Positions 1-15,474 are shown, counted from the stretch's first letter. The stretch: DNA of 64,000 nt from Chrysomallon squamiferum (GCA_012295275.1 CM022678.1:19530001-19594000), one strand, 5' to 3'. Notes: generated from the letters alone by a model not told the origin. Numbers and translations: made by a program.

Positions 1-33
<33 letters not shown>

Positions 34-742
34 CAGTAGCAGTAGTAGTAGTAGTAGTAATAGTATCATCACAGGAAAAACAATGACAGCAACAGCAATA
101 AAAACAAAAAACACAAAAAAACAACATTAATAGCATCATGATTGCAACTGCAGTAAGGTTTGTAGTTATAACAGTCTGTTTACTGAAATTGTTTATAAAA
201 TTTGTCTGCATCATTGGTTCTTATCACGATCACAACAAAGTAATCACAATCACAGTCATGATACACTTTTTTGTGTTTTTTTTTTTTTTTTTTTTTTGTT
301 TCTATCGATACAGTCTACGTCTTCCCATTGTTTTATCTCAACCCTTTCTCTCAACACACACACACACACACACACACACTCATTCATCCGCTTGATTGGT
401 GGTCTCCTTTTTTTTTTTTTTTTTTTTTGCCGCAATCAACATCTGCACGCGTCACTTCAAAGCCACGCGCTGCAGCGAAGAACTCCGTAGGGACTCGGCA
501 GTTCAGCTCGGCTCATTTCGTCGGTTCTGGACGAGTTATTTATAGCGATTTTAGCGAGCCTCGCCGCAGATTAACACAGAATTAATGACAGGGGGGGGTA
601 AGAAATAAACCCATGAACCTGACGCATCCTGTAGATCATACGCAACCCCCCAGCCCCGGGGACTCGCCATTCCTGCAATAACATTTGCTCTGTGATACTT
701 AAAGAAGATTTCTCGAGGACTGAGGTGATCGTTTGAGGAGCT

Positions 743-837
743 ATGCGTCGGTGGATCGACCCTCCTTACTGGAAGGGTTTGACTTTCGCTCGTCAGTCGC
801 TGTACAGAACGTTCTGGTGTGTTTACTCCTGTGTGTG
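743..837 (+). CDS. KCNQ: Candidate first coding exon of the KCNQ gene (MRRWIDPPYWKGLTFARQSLYRTFWCVYSCV-W)
   Basis: ATG at 743 has an in-frame upstream TGA at 734, is open for 95 nt and ends at a strong donor TG|GTAAGC in phase 2, the phase required by the S1 exon at 30346. The join reads ...WCVYSCVW-FMVVILCLVLSV, placing Tyr at the position of the KCNQ 'YHxxVF' motif. It lacks the canonical YNFLERP motif. Confidence 0.4.
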
Positions 838-1510
838 GTAAGCAGTGAAATTGCTTGTAAAACGAAGAACTGTTTGTTTTCGTTCGGTAGGAGTAACCGT
901 TGAAAATAGGTTTTTGCCGGTTTCGTATTAGGTTTAAAAACTAAATGTTACTGTCCATGTTTGTTATTTAGTGTTCGGTTATTTCTGAGGTGTGTTATGT
1001 CGTAAGCAGTAATTGATTTAAATTTTTTTTTTTTTTTTTTTTTGAAAAGGTTTGTTGATATTTTAAACTGTTTTTTGATTTGTTATCTTTGTATCTTTGC
1101 CTGAATCCTCTTTCACAGGGCTATAGTTATTTTTATTTTTTTTTAAATTTTATATTATTTTATTTACTTCTATTTATTTGTTTGTTTATTTATTTATTTG
1201 TTTGTTTATTTGTTTGTTCATTTATTTATTTATTTATTTGTTTTATTATATATTATTTTATTTTATTTTAATTTAATTATTATTATTTCGTTTATTTCTC
1301 TATCTTCTGCATCTGTCTGCCTGTTTGTTACTAAGCAACGAAATCGCAACCTCGTAAAAGTTTTAAAAACCTTGTCTACGACAGACGTTCATGTTAAATA
1401 ACTAGAACTAGACTTGAAATATCAACTCCTTCTTAACTTTCTCTTTTTTTTCTTTTTTTTTTTTCTTTATCACTTTTTTCTTCTTTTTTTTTCTTCAACT
1501 TCGTCTTCTT

Positions 1511-1545
<35 letters not shown>

Positions 1546-2574
1546 CTTGCGTGAGAGACAGTCCACAAATTTCTGAAATTCTCGCGAGATTTCGCTGTAT
1601 TCATTTCATTTATCACGTAACAGTCTACCAGGGGAGGCAACCGGAGCCAATGCAAATTTATCTTATTAAGAAAAATAAAAGATTCTGTTTATCTACGCAG
1701 TCGTTTGAGAATTCCTGTACTGTGGACGGTGGATTTAAATTCTTCAAGGTTCATAACACCTATCAGAATCAGAATAATTGTCTGTCTGTCTGTGCATCTG
1801 TGGGTGTCTTTCTTTTTTCTTTCCTTTATTTCTTTAATTTTTCTTAGATTATTTACTGTCGTTATTTTCTTTCTTCTTTCTTTCATTTTAGAATATAAAT
1901 GTTTTTTTAAAGAATTTTTTTTTTTTTCAGTTTTGACATTACGTACTTTATTTTATTTCCTACTTTGACAGAGAGATCATAAATAGCTACATCTGCCATA
2001 TTTCATTTTGTGACCAGTCATATTTCATATTTCATAAAGGTGTCAAATTCCAGACCCGTCTCGTCTGCTACACCAGACATTAAGACAATAAAACGTTATT
2101 CATTTCAAACACACATAAACCTATTTACACCCACTTCAGGCTTTCTCCAAGACAACGCACGAAATGAAACGCATCCGAGTCTCAGACTTGTGTATCCTTC
2201 CGCCTGTGACCTCTGACCTTTTGGTTTGAATCGTGACCCGCCCGAGGCTACTACTGTTCCTATTAAAGGTCAGACAGAATGTCACGTCTGGGGAATAGTG
2301 TATAATATAGTCGCGTTATTACCGGTCGATTGTGTTGCATTATGGGAGAAAAATGGCGGACTTTTACGCCAGCCCCGCAGTGAAAACGAATTTTGCTCAC
2401 AGTGGCTGGAAATTATTTTGGGATGCTGAGCGCTCATTTAATTACTGTCTGCATGCAGCGAATTAATCCGCCGTGGATGTATTAAAAAAAATGACGACGT
2501 AGAAAGAAAGAAAGAAAGAAAGAATGAAATAGAAAGAAGGACGGGCTATATGTTTTAGTAATAAGAACAAAAAT

Positions 2575-2609
<35 letters not shown>

Positions 2610-2853
2610 TTATGATAGAAGTAGTAGCAGTAGTAGTAATAGAAGCAGTGGTGTTTGTAGATGTAATAGGAGTAATAGTAGTAGTAGTAGTAGTTGTAAT
2701 AATAAAATAGAAAGACGTTCACATTAATTCACTGACAGACAGACAGACAGACAGAAAGACAGGACGCAAGATAACAATCAGACAAACAGAGACGAACAAA
2801 ACAAAAAGGAAAAATATTTAAAATATAAATAAACAAACAAATAAATAAACAAA

Positions 2854-2908
<55 letters not shown>

Positions 2909-3536
2909 ACAAACAAACAAATAAATAAATAAATAAATATAAAAATTACAAAGTAGTATTATAATACGACTTATATTGCCTGTTTGCTTTTTAGCTTTAG
3001 AAACTTAAGCCATCGATTTCCAGATTCATGTTCAGTTTATAACAAAACTGCATTTCTTCACCTAGTCCACGGATGCACAAGTTTGCACATGGCTTCATAA
3101 TTCGACCCAGCGACTGGAATAATCAAGCCGAACTCAAAGCCAGCACTACTGGCTCGAAGAAACTCACTCGTATATTTCATTTGCTAGAGAGAACAACTGT
3201 CCAGTTTGATGATAAAATTGCATGTTACGCAGCACGTGAAGTTAGTTCATTGCTTGGCGATGCTTTTGAATCGATCCTGTCCAATGTTTTCTTTCCTTTA
3301 TTTACTAGTTCTAGTCCACAGGTTCGTCACAAATGCTTTTAAAAGATGCCTTGCTGCTAATCGGTTAGAATAACTCGTGCCAAGGTTTCCCTGTTTGATA
3401 TTATCGTTATACAAAACAAACAGAGAAAAGTATTTTAATTTTACGTTAATGTAATACGCGGTATTTAAATTATACTCAGTTAATGTGTGGAAAACTTACC
3501 ATCTTTTTCTGAATATTTAAGCTTATCTGTGGAAGA

Positions 3537-3765
<229 letters not shown>

Positions 3766-4302
3766 TACATCACATTTATTATCTCCGATATTTTACAGCT
3801 TGCCACGTTCTCGTTTTGTTGTGACAGCAACAAATTAACAAACTAGCAGAGTCAAACCGAAGAGCTCCCGATACTCTCAGCCATTATAGAGTTACCTAAC
3901 CTGACTGTCAGGTTTCTGGTGTAAATAACAGTTTTAATTAGAAATCGACCGCTCTGTACAGCGAAGAAGATTTACTAGTAATGCTGTTATTTGTTCGAAA
4001 CCTCGCTGCATAATCATCTCATACGACCGGTTGTAAGTGCGCGGTGTGGTACTCGAAACGCTCGTAGGAGAACATAAACAAACAGAAACTGATACAAGAC
4101 GTTCGTTATCTGCTTCTACAAGTACAGAGTCTTAAATCTTAGCAGATGGTGAGTTCGAATCCTCGGAAATGAACCTCAGTCACGAGTTTATAAGACTATG
4201 ATATATATATATATATATATATGTTCTATATACACACACATATCATATCACAAATTTATAGAGGCGTGTCTGCCAAATTCAAGTATGCGAGTTGGTGGGA
4301 TA

Positions 4303-4402
<100 letters not shown>

Positions 4403-4563
4403 CGTGTGCACTTTCGTGTGTGGTGAATACTAGTATATAGAAAGACAGAGACAGGATTTAGGCAGAGCATGTGTGTACATGTTCTAACATTCATAACCGC
4501 AAGCAGGAATAAAAACACAGACACCTGAACATATGATATATTACAGATATATAAAGAAATGTA

Positions 4564-4830
4564 CATGTACCGGACCAATTATCCGGCGTCCTGAAATCCG
4601 GAAAGACCAGAAAACTCTTTCAAGCCGCGTGGCATTCATTCACTCGCCGCATTGTTTACGTGTCGAGTCGCGACATTTGTGTATCGTTAATTTTCTTTAT
4701 GTGTTTAATTTTAAAGTGTTTATGCCTAATTATTTACCTATTTAGGTGCCTTGGCACCAGAAAACCGGAAAATCCAGAAATCTTGAATGCCTCGGGCCCC
4801 AAAGTCTTTGGATAATTGGTCCGATACCTG
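4564..4830. mobile_element. Non-autonomous DNA transposon (MITE), Tc1/mariner superfamily, pogo/Tigger-like
   Basis: 21-bp terminal inverted repeats CATGTACCGGACCAATTATCC (4564-4584) and GGATAATTGGTCCGATACCTG (4810-4830) with 2 mismatches. Flanked by TA on both sides (4562-63, 4831-32). Subterminal CCGGAAA/CCAGAAA repeats; 267 bp; no transposase. Confidence 0.85.
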
Positions 4831-6332
4831 TATGTATTCATATAGACATACACGCACAAAAAAACACACACTAATTCAGTCACACACACACAGATATACA
4901 TAAGACGACAAATATACTCAAAAGCACATAAAAATAAACACACATACACACAGAAGAGCAATGTCAAAACAAACTGATTTTACGAGCACGGTGTCCGTAT
5001 AAAGTACATCAACACCGGAAATGTTTCTTTTTTCTTCTTCTTCTTTCTTTTATTTTTTTAAAAATTTTTTTGCTGATTTCTTTACGGAGCAGTGACATAG
5101 ACTTGCCCGAGGTAGTTCTAATTACTAACGACTTGGCGACAGTCTTCAGTGCAGTTCCTAATTGACTCGTTTTTCCATTTCAAACCCGCTGAAAAGCGTC
5201 ATAACAGCAAAAAAAAAAAAAAAAAAATCGCAAAATCGATAATGTTATCTTTAAAAAGGCAAGGGTGGGGGGAGAGAAAAGACTAAACGGAAAGGAAACA
5301 AGATAAAAGAGTTGTTTTTTTTCTAGTTTGTAAAAGTAGTACGTTGCTACTGCTGCGACTACTGTTACTACAGCTACGGCTGCTACAAAGCTACTACAAC
5401 TGCTAATACTAATACTGATATTATTACAAATACTGATATATTATATCTAATGCTAACATATTATTACTGCTATTAAACACTATTGGTACATCTACGTCTG
5501 TTATAAATACTGCTTGAACTACTGCTACAGCTTTGTTGTTGTCGTTGTTATTGTTACTACCACTACTAGTATTATTACTGATGGTGTTGTTGCCGTTATT
5601 AGTACTTCTACTACCACTACTACTACTACCGCTACTACTACTACTACTATTATTATTATTATTATTACTATTATTGTTGTTGTTGTTGTTGTTGTTGTCG
5701 TTGTTGTTGTACTATTGCTAATTCTATTACTATTACTACACTGATACTGTTATTATTATAATTACTACAACGAACACTGAAACTACAATCAACTGCTGCA
5801 GCTACTACTACTACTACTACTATTACAATTACATCAATCACGTATTAACAACAACGTCCATATTTACACAATATAATCATTTATTCATTTAATTATTCCG
5901 TAAGTAAAAACCATAGATTCATGTGCAGATTCGGGTTTCTCCTCTACAAACTTCTCAATAGAGGTTTAACACAAAAACCCACGCATTTTTTGAAAACTGT
6001 ATTCCTGTGGTGCGTTATCTTCTTTCCTCAGTCTAGCTTAGTTACGCGATCAATTTGTCATCAGAATTCTGTTGACAGCATACGGCTGCAACCCGTGTCC
6101 AGATTTGATTCAATTTGAAGATTCATTCTGCGGAATATGGCCCAATTGTCTCTCCGTATTACCAATCAGTGCAACATAACAGCTTCATCAAGCCCTCAGA
6201 TTTAATGTTCTGTTCGAATATGGATCGTTCGTACCCCGTGTAAATAGACTGGTAACCTTCTGGCGCTGAGCTGTGTGTGCTACTTTCTAGAAGGATGTTT
6301 GTGATTTAGCCTCTTCGTGTTTCAGAGTTCAG

Positions 6333-6433
<101 letters not shown>

Positions 6434-6569
6434 ATGTCGGTGTATTTATATTGTATATATTTTTTCGCTCTTCTGTTTCCGTTTTTCAAACTAAAGCGAT
6501 TATTAAATACTACATTTCTTTATTCATTTCGTTTTCTTTACTTATTTTATCTCTCTAACTTTTCATTTA

Positions 6570-6600
<31 letters not shown>

Positions 6601-7707
6601 ATAGTTGTCATTAATTTTAACTGAAATAGATCAAAGAAAGAGATTTTGTATTCTTTAAATAGTTATAACATCGCTAAAACGTAGCTGTTTCGGTAATTTA
6701 AGTTTTATGTTTATTTTTAGCCAAGGAACTTGATTCTTTCAGTTGTATTTCAGTAAAATTTACCTTAAAAAGTTCGGCGTTGAAAACAAATTCATTTCGA
6801 TTGTTATTAAGTAATTTATCTTAAATTTCTCAAGAAATGTTTGGTTTTTTTAATTTCTGTTTTAATTTTCATTTATTACCTTTATTTATTTATTTATTTA
6901 TTTATTTAATCTCTCCAAAAAAGATATAAACGAACGTTCATGAATATGAGTAAAATATGTAACGCGTGCTTTTCTATACACACACACACACACATACACA
7001 ACGCACATACATACATAGATAAATACAAACATACACACATACAGGCATACAGGCATATACACACATACACACAAATATGTATATTAACGCATCAATAGTT
7101 TCGCTTCAATTCAAGAAAAAGAAAGAAATGAAAAGAGCCAAACAATAATAATGATGAAGATGATAGTAATCATCCTAATATCTCCTTCATCTAAATGAAA
7201 CTGATCATCATGAACAAGATGATTATATAAATCTTAGTTGTACAGGCAACGCATTTAGTAATGATGATAGTGACGATGACGACGATGATGACAATGACGA
7301 CGTTGATGATGTTGATGATACGCATGACATGATGATTAATTTTGTAACTAATTTCTTCAATACTGTGACGTAATCAACGACTCAGTCAGTTCATTTCGTG
7401 ACTACTCTCGCATTCACTTCTCAAAAAAAACGGGCGAGCGTAAGTCAAACAAACAAAAAAATCAATCTAAAGAGAGATTTACGACGTCTTCCAAAGTGAT
7501 CGTAAGGAACCGGAGACGACGTAGTAATGTGATTTACCAGTCCTCCGTCGTTTATCTTGCAGTGTTTATTTGGTTTCATTCGTCAGACTGATAAACTAGT
7601 TTATATATTTATGCTTTTGTTGCTTCTGTCTCTTTCTTTGCGCTCCGCTTACTTCTGCCCTGTCTGACAGGACAGATCTACGTCTTTCGTAAATAAATCG
7701 TAAGAAG

Positions 7708-7742
<35 letters not shown>

Positions 7743-8939
7743 GTATATCGACTGGCCCTTATCAGCACTTCTTGGAGATTAGTCGTAAATAGTCTGCAGA
7801 CGTTATTTTGTAAAGAGAACATTCAGTGAAACTTTTAACATAATTAAGCTAAATACGTGCACACAAGGATACCGATTACAAAGGAAGAAGTAAAAGATGA
7901 GATGTACTTTTTAAAAATCTTTCGAATATTAATAAAATAAATGTCTCCTTTAACTGCTATTTCTGCTGCTGTTGCTGATACTATTGTTACTATTGCTGCT
8001 TCTATTACTACTGTTAACTAAAACAGTTATTACTATTCTCAGGACTAACGGCACTGTAGTATTATTGCTACTGTTACTACTGTTATTATAACTGCTACTA
8101 CTACAGCGATCACTACTACTACGAGTACTACTACAAGTACTACTACTACTACTACTACTACAGTACACACTACCATTATTACTGCTATTACTACTACTAT
8201 TAATATTACTGCTAGTCTAATATTACTGCTAGTCTAATATTACTTCTACTGTTGCTACTAATAATATTACTATTACTTTCATTACTAATACTACCATTAG
8301 TATTACTATTAGGACTACTACTACTATTTCAACTACTGCTACCAAAACCACGACCACGACTACCACCACTACACCTACAGCTACCTCATCTACACCTACA
8401 AATCTTGCACTACCCTGCCTAAGGTCTTCTTTGCCAAAGAATGTTCGTGTTTACTGGTTCTGCGTGCTGGCAACGTGTTTGGTCTTGGTAAAGAGATCGT
8501 AGTTTAGCTCATTCAATTAAGCGGTTACCTCCTGCTTTAGTCTGAGTACAGCCGCGTTTAAATCAACCGTGCCTACGTCATCACCGCGTCATGTCTGCGT
8601 AACCGAAACTTGTTAACTGACTGCGCCAGGGGCGACGTCTTTTCAACAACAGCAGCGGCCAGAGACTGGGAGCCAGTCGTGTTTCTGTGCTGACTGAAAC
8701 CTGGAAACGACCGCAAAGGGTCTTCAGTGAAAGACATTTGTCTGTTCTGTATATGTAGAGTCATACATACATATACATACGTACGTACATACATACATAC
8801 ATACATACATACATACATTATTGTTCTTATTTTTCTTACTTACATACACACATATATGTATGTAAGTAAGAAAAATAAGAACAATAAGAAAAACAGAAAA
8901 TAATGTTTTAGACATTAAAAAATTACTGCTCTAATACTG

Positions 8940-9337
8940 CATTACCATTAATCCATTTAATTAGTAAGGACCAGTACTTGACTCATAAAAGATGAGGACC
9001 AATATAATTAAAAGCTAGCACTAATTTTGATTAAAGGCTACTACTAATCTAACTAAAGACTAGTGCTAATCCAATGAAAAATAGGAATAATCTCATTAAA
9101 AACTGGTAGTAATCTAACTAAAGACTAGTACTAATCTCACTAAGAATTTGTACTAACCACATTAAGGATTTATCTCACTATTCGCTGATCTCACTACGAA
9201 CGGCTCTTCGAAAGTATTGATCTCACTATGGATATCTCACCATTAATTCACCTAGCATTAACTGGTCTGAGGGCAAATAGATCTCACTATCAACTAATCT
9301 CACTATGGAGTGGTCTCACAATCGGTTAATCTCACTG
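8940..9337. repeat. Degenerate ~22-bp minisatellite (tactaatctcactaaagactag-like)
   Basis: Recurrent cores actaatct/atctcacta and aaagactagt at roughly 22-bp spacing. Confidence 0.7.
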
Positions 9338-9468
9338 AAAATTCAGATCCTGCTTACAGCTGCAGTTTTATGTCGGCATTATGAATAAATTCTCAACATT
9401 AATTTATTATGAAATCTTTCTTACATTTTTCTAATATCGCTTTTTTCTTCCTGATGGCAATTTCCTAT

Positions 9469-9504
<36 letters not shown>

Positions 9505-10021
9505 TTCATTCATTCACTGAGTCAATCAGTCATTGATTCAATCATTATCATTGCATTTATTTGCTTGTTTTTATTTATATTATTCGTTTATATATATATA
9601 TATCATTCGCTTCTTGTTTTTATTTAAATTTGTATTGCTTATTTTAATAATCATTTATTTTATAGATAATATCGTTTCCCTCTCATAATCTTGACAAACT
9701 TATTTTTTATTTTTATAACATTCTTTCGTGGCGCCGCCTACTTCCTTGTATTTCTTTGGAATGTCTTTTTTATCCGATTATTTATATTTTTCTCTCACAA
9801 TTTTATTACTTCATCCATGTTTTGAAGACATTAAAACTGCTGTTTACAATATTTTATTACGAAATTGGCGTTAGTATAAAATTTAAATTAAAAAAAGAAA
9901 ATTGACAAAAATAAATACAACTTCTGATATGAATGAACAAAAAAAATAATAATAATAATAATGATAATAATAATAATAAAAGTAATAATAATATACTACT
10001 ACTACTACTACTACTACTACT

Positions 10022-10081
<60 letters not shown>

Positions 10082-10937
10082 AATAAATAAATATGTTCAA
10101 AACAAAAAATAACGTGAATATAGATTTATGTCGCATAGTATCTCATTTCACTAACTAAATCTCACAAATAAATAAAATATTCAGAAATTAGTACCAAGTA
10201 ACATGCTGCACGAATAAAACTCAACCCTCATCCATTAGTCATTGCGTCGTATGATGACACTCTCTTTAGGACGCATTTATCAAATTTTGCGAGCGTTTTA
10301 CGTGCATTTGAAACAGTAATCCGAGCCTTTCAGTGCAGGAGGTCAGTTTTATTGTTTCCTTTTCAGCATGTCCATGATACATGATATTCTATTCGGTACA
10401 AAAGGTTATTTTTAAAAACATCGTTTGTTTTGGGTGTTTTTTTTTTTTTTCGCAGATAAAGAATAGCGTTCTAATTACGATAATTTGATTCCGTTCTACG
10501 TTAACCTTTTACGTCTAGTTCAAGCTGTTTTAACTGATGACATTTGAACTGTGTGCCATTAAACAGCGTCATCTGATGATTTATAACCAGGAGAATAAAT
10601 TTTGTGCATTAGTTTTTAAAAAAGAAAGTTTTATTAAAAGAGAGATAAGGGGAAAAATAAAATGAGGACATAAAACGTTATTATTGTTGTTGTTTATTTT
10701 TTTTTTTATTTTTTTATTTGCATTTTATTAATTTACGATAATCTGGAGAAATAAAATAGAAAGACGGAAGAAAAATATTATGATGAAGGTTTAAATGAAT
10801 ATTTTTGTTTATTTAAGATTATGAGAATAATAATGATGATGATGAAAGATTTACAATGTAAAAACAAAATTAAAAATAATTAAAAAGGGAACGAAGGACA
10901 TTTATGAAGAAAGAAAAGAAAGTAAACTGAATATTAT

Positions 10938-11083
<146 letters not shown>

Positions 11084-11497
11084 TCTGTATTTCATCCTCT
11101 GTTTGTTCTCTCTCTCTCTCTATCTCTCAGCCTGCCTTCTTGTTTTCTCAAGCCACACATACGAACGTACGCACTCACAGAAAACAAGCGTACACTACCA
11201 GACAAAGCTACACAACCCGTCAATTTACAAACCAAACAAGACACGACGAGCTTCCCAATTAAGTCATTTCTGCACAGTAATTAAAGCGAAATTACAAGAA
11301 ATCAGAAGTAAGCACGTACATAATCACCCTTATTGTCGTCTTCCCGAATGAGCGCTGTCGTGCTGATAATAGACGTGGTTTTTCGGAAACAACGAGAAAA
11401 GCCGCTGTCGTCAAAGCCGGAAGTCTCTATCTGAACACGAGCTGCGCCCATTATTCCTTCCAAACCGGAAGTCGTTAAGACCTTAGACAATTGTAGG

Positions 11498-11538
<41 letters not shown>

Positions 11539-12436
11539 CTGAAGACATAATTTTTCTGTTGAAGATCGTGGTTTTATCTCAATAATTAATCTGTTGTAAA
11601 CATAATTGACTTTTCAATCAGCTGATCAAGGTCAGCTAGGAAAGAACGAACGAATGAATGAAAAAGGAATGATAAAATGAACGAAGTAAACGACGAATGA
11701 CAATTAACGATCTCACGTGTTTTTAATCTTTTGTTTGGTTTGTTCCTGGCTGTCCACAAAATTCTTTGAAACAAAACTACTACTATTAGTATTAATTCTA
11801 CTACTACAACTGCTGCTGTTGGTATTACTACTACTACTACTACTACTACTACTACCACTGCTATTGCTACTACCACTGCTGCTAGTGGTACTACTACTAA
11901 CTGCTACTGCTACTACAACTACTACATTATTATTATTATTATTATTAATTTTCTTTCCTTTTTCATTCTGTTCCTATTTCTGTTTCTTTTTTCTTTTTTA
12001 ATGTTCATTCCACTGACAACTTCTAATGTACAAATTTCAACCCCATTGTTTTTCTTTCTCCTTTCCTTGAAACTCCATGTTGCCTAAAGTGCAGCTTTTC
12101 CCCTTTGTATCGTGATACGTTTTTAAATAATCACGTCAAAGGAAGTGAGAGACATGAAAAACACGTGCGCAGTGTAACGTATAAAAAGAACCAATTGTTT
12201 ATCCAGACTCGAAAACCGTGGTGTATGTGTTTGTTCTGAATATAAATAGCAGCGTTTTTATTTCACTTTTCTTTCTTTCTTTTTTTTTTTATGTTCTTTT
12301 TTTTTTTTTTTTTTTTTTATCGATTCTATTTGTTCTTCTTTTTTATATATTTATTTATTTATTTATTTTTATAATTTATTTATTTATTTATTTGCTGAAG
12401 TTCACATTAAGAAGACGATTTTTAATTAAAACAACT

Positions 12437-12540
<104 letters not shown>

Positions 12541-14160
12541 ATTTATTTATTTATGTGTGTGTTCGTGTGTGTGTGTTTATTTATATAAATTACTTTTTTT
12601 TTGTCTCGATGTTTCCTCGACCTCTTAAAGCCTCTTTCGTTTCATTTTCCAGTGAATGTACTTAATAAACTTCAAGTCCATTAACAACAACAGTCGTCCA
12701 TTACTCAATTTCCACGTCTGCACAATTCCTGTCGTTTGCAACATTGATACCTACCGTCACTCGCTTCTAGCAGAAAATTGACGGTTCGAAAAGTCACGTG
12801 ACCAGTCCGCCGTCTGCAGCTCGCCTTTTGAATCGGCGCGAACTGAAACGAACCGTCTGCCGCCTTTTGAAAACCATCGCAGCCGTGAAATGAAAAATTT
12901 TGTTTGTTTGTTTCGTTTTAACAAAGCCGCGGAGCGTGTTTTCTACAGTCGATTATTGCAAAATGAAACATTTGCTTAACAGCACTGATTATTATTATTA
13001 TTATTTTTTTTTTTTTTTTTTTTTATTATTTACAAGTTATGGCAAGTAAAATATGCTCTGGTAAAATTGTTTGCCAAAATTTTTAAACGTTAATTTTATA
13101 GCATTACAGTAACATGTTTGCATATTGTTTTATTTTCTTCAAATTGGCAGATTAATACTGAAGGTGCGCATCAAAGAACTGCTGTTGTTAATTATGAGAT
13201 TGTTGTGTATAAAGAGGAGAAAGATAGACGATAGCCTGATAGACAGACAGACAAACAGACAGATAGATGGATGAGTTGATGGATAAATGTATGGATGGAT
13301 GGATAGATGGATTTAATGCATGAATAGATGGATAGAAAGATAGAAAGATAGATTAGATAGACAGATAGATACCGATATAGATGACAGATACATACACACA
13401 TACATACAATAGACAAAGACAGAATGGACTATGGATGGATGGATGGAATGGATGGGAAGATGGACAGACATACAGACAGAAAACACAGACAGGGAAGAAA
13501 CAGACAGACAAACAATCACGGGCAGAAAGAAAGATTAACAGATATACTGATTGTTAGAAAAATACATATAAAAAATAAAAAGTAGAAAAGTAAAATATAA
13601 TTAAGCCAATAGAAGAAGTTCTGTTTTTCAGCATCCATCATACGAATCAACAGTCTAGACTCGTATACAAACAATTTTAGGAAATAGTAGTACATCGCTT
13701 CAACCAGTGATTTTCAGTCTAAGTAATAAAATTTAATGTTTACGCGTGTCTCTGTCTTGTATTCATTTCTCGCTTCAAACCCCTAGAGCGCCTGCCATTA
13801 CGTTTCGTATTCGTCTCCATGTTTGTAATTTCCTCCAAAGCACCTGGGCGCACCGATATTGTCTCGTTGCAGTTAACAGCATTATTTTCAAATAGTTTTA
13901 TGTTTCCCTGTACAAATCTCATTGATTTCGGGTCTTTGCAAACCTCGGCATCAATCGTGTGAACTCGATAGTGGTTTTCCATTTAAGCTCCCAGCATCTC
14001 TTAATGACGAAAATATTCTGTACGAGGCTGGTGCGTACATTCACACTTGTAATACTGATGACTGCCGTTCGAATTATCGGTTACCTCTTTATGACGCTAT
14101 AAAAGTAAAAGTGTATTATGTCCAATATTTAGTTTTAACAGGGATGTTTGTTATATGGGG

Positions 14161-14256
<96 letters not shown>

Positions 14257-15412
14257 GGACAGAGTATTGTGTATGTGTCTATTTTTGTATGTGTGCTTAT
14301 GTGTATGTATGTGTATTGTGTGTGTATGTGTGTGTATGTCTGGATGCATGCAGTTTGTGAGTGCCTGTGTAGGTGCAATTATAAAATAATGTGGAGCTGT
14401 CGTTAATAATATTTTATTCCTCTCTCATTCCCATCAGCGTGTCTAGATAAACTGCCAACTTGTCACTATAAACCACTGCACATCCCCTTTCTCAACAGTC
14501 TTATTCTTCCTCCATGTTTCAGTCGTAAACTCTCGCGCCTCACTTACCAACAACGAGCACCCATATCGAGTCCTTCGCTGTCACGTGACGCGTCTTTGTT
14601 TCAGCGCAGGTCACGGCGGTGTCAGGAGGTCCGCTGACCAATAGAACGGCAATAAATGGGCCGCCATATTGATCTCGTTGGCAAATCTCGCATCGGAACG
14701 TTATTACCGCGGCAGCCGAAGAGGCTATATTGAATTTTGAGCAGAATCGCTTTCCACATGCAGTTTATGAGTGTTACGCGCGGGCTGCGCCTAGATTGAC
14801 TAGATTAGGCAGACGGTTTAAACCCAATCAGTATGCGCGCTAACGACCCCTGTGAAGGTCACGTTTGAGAAACTGATAACGGAAACAAGTCTCGTGTTCA
14901 CAAAACAAGACACGCTGACACAGCAGGCATCCATCCAGCCATAAGCGAAACACTTCAACTAGCATGAAAATAACATCGGTCATACAAAAACATCTTCTGG
15001 GTATTAAAGTAGAAGGATTAATACTTCAACGCGTGCAGGTCTGTTTCACGCATAAAACTAGTGATCCCTGTTTATTCAGATGGTTTGCTAGGACGAGTCC
15101 TGTTCAAGTTCAGGCAGACTCGTGTAGATGATGCTTGTCTGGATTACTGAATACAGATGTTCAGTAAAGAAAGATAAACACAAAGGAACGTAGTTGTACA
15201 TTAATATGTCCTAACCAAGGAGGAATCTGAATCAGCCATCTTCGTTGAGAAGCTTCAGTAATTGGCTGATTAAGTCAGTAACGTAAAGTAACGTAATGTA
15301 ACGTAGATGCTTGCACCCTCGTCTTTTATTTCTATCTAATATTGACTCTTTCATTCTCTTTCTATCTTTATCTGTCTGTCTCTCACTTTCATTCATTTTT
15401 CTTTCTATGTGT

Positions 15413-15474
<62 letters not shown>

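Noticed and set aside
2962-2971. TAATACGACT, matching the start of the T7 promoter (possible vector contamination)
   Set aside because: Only 10 bp match and the CACTATAG half is absent, so this is a chance match in AT-rich DNA.
13740-14150. Opposing ORFs in a complex-sequence island
   Set aside because: I recognise no motif and found no consistent splice-site pair linking them to either gene.
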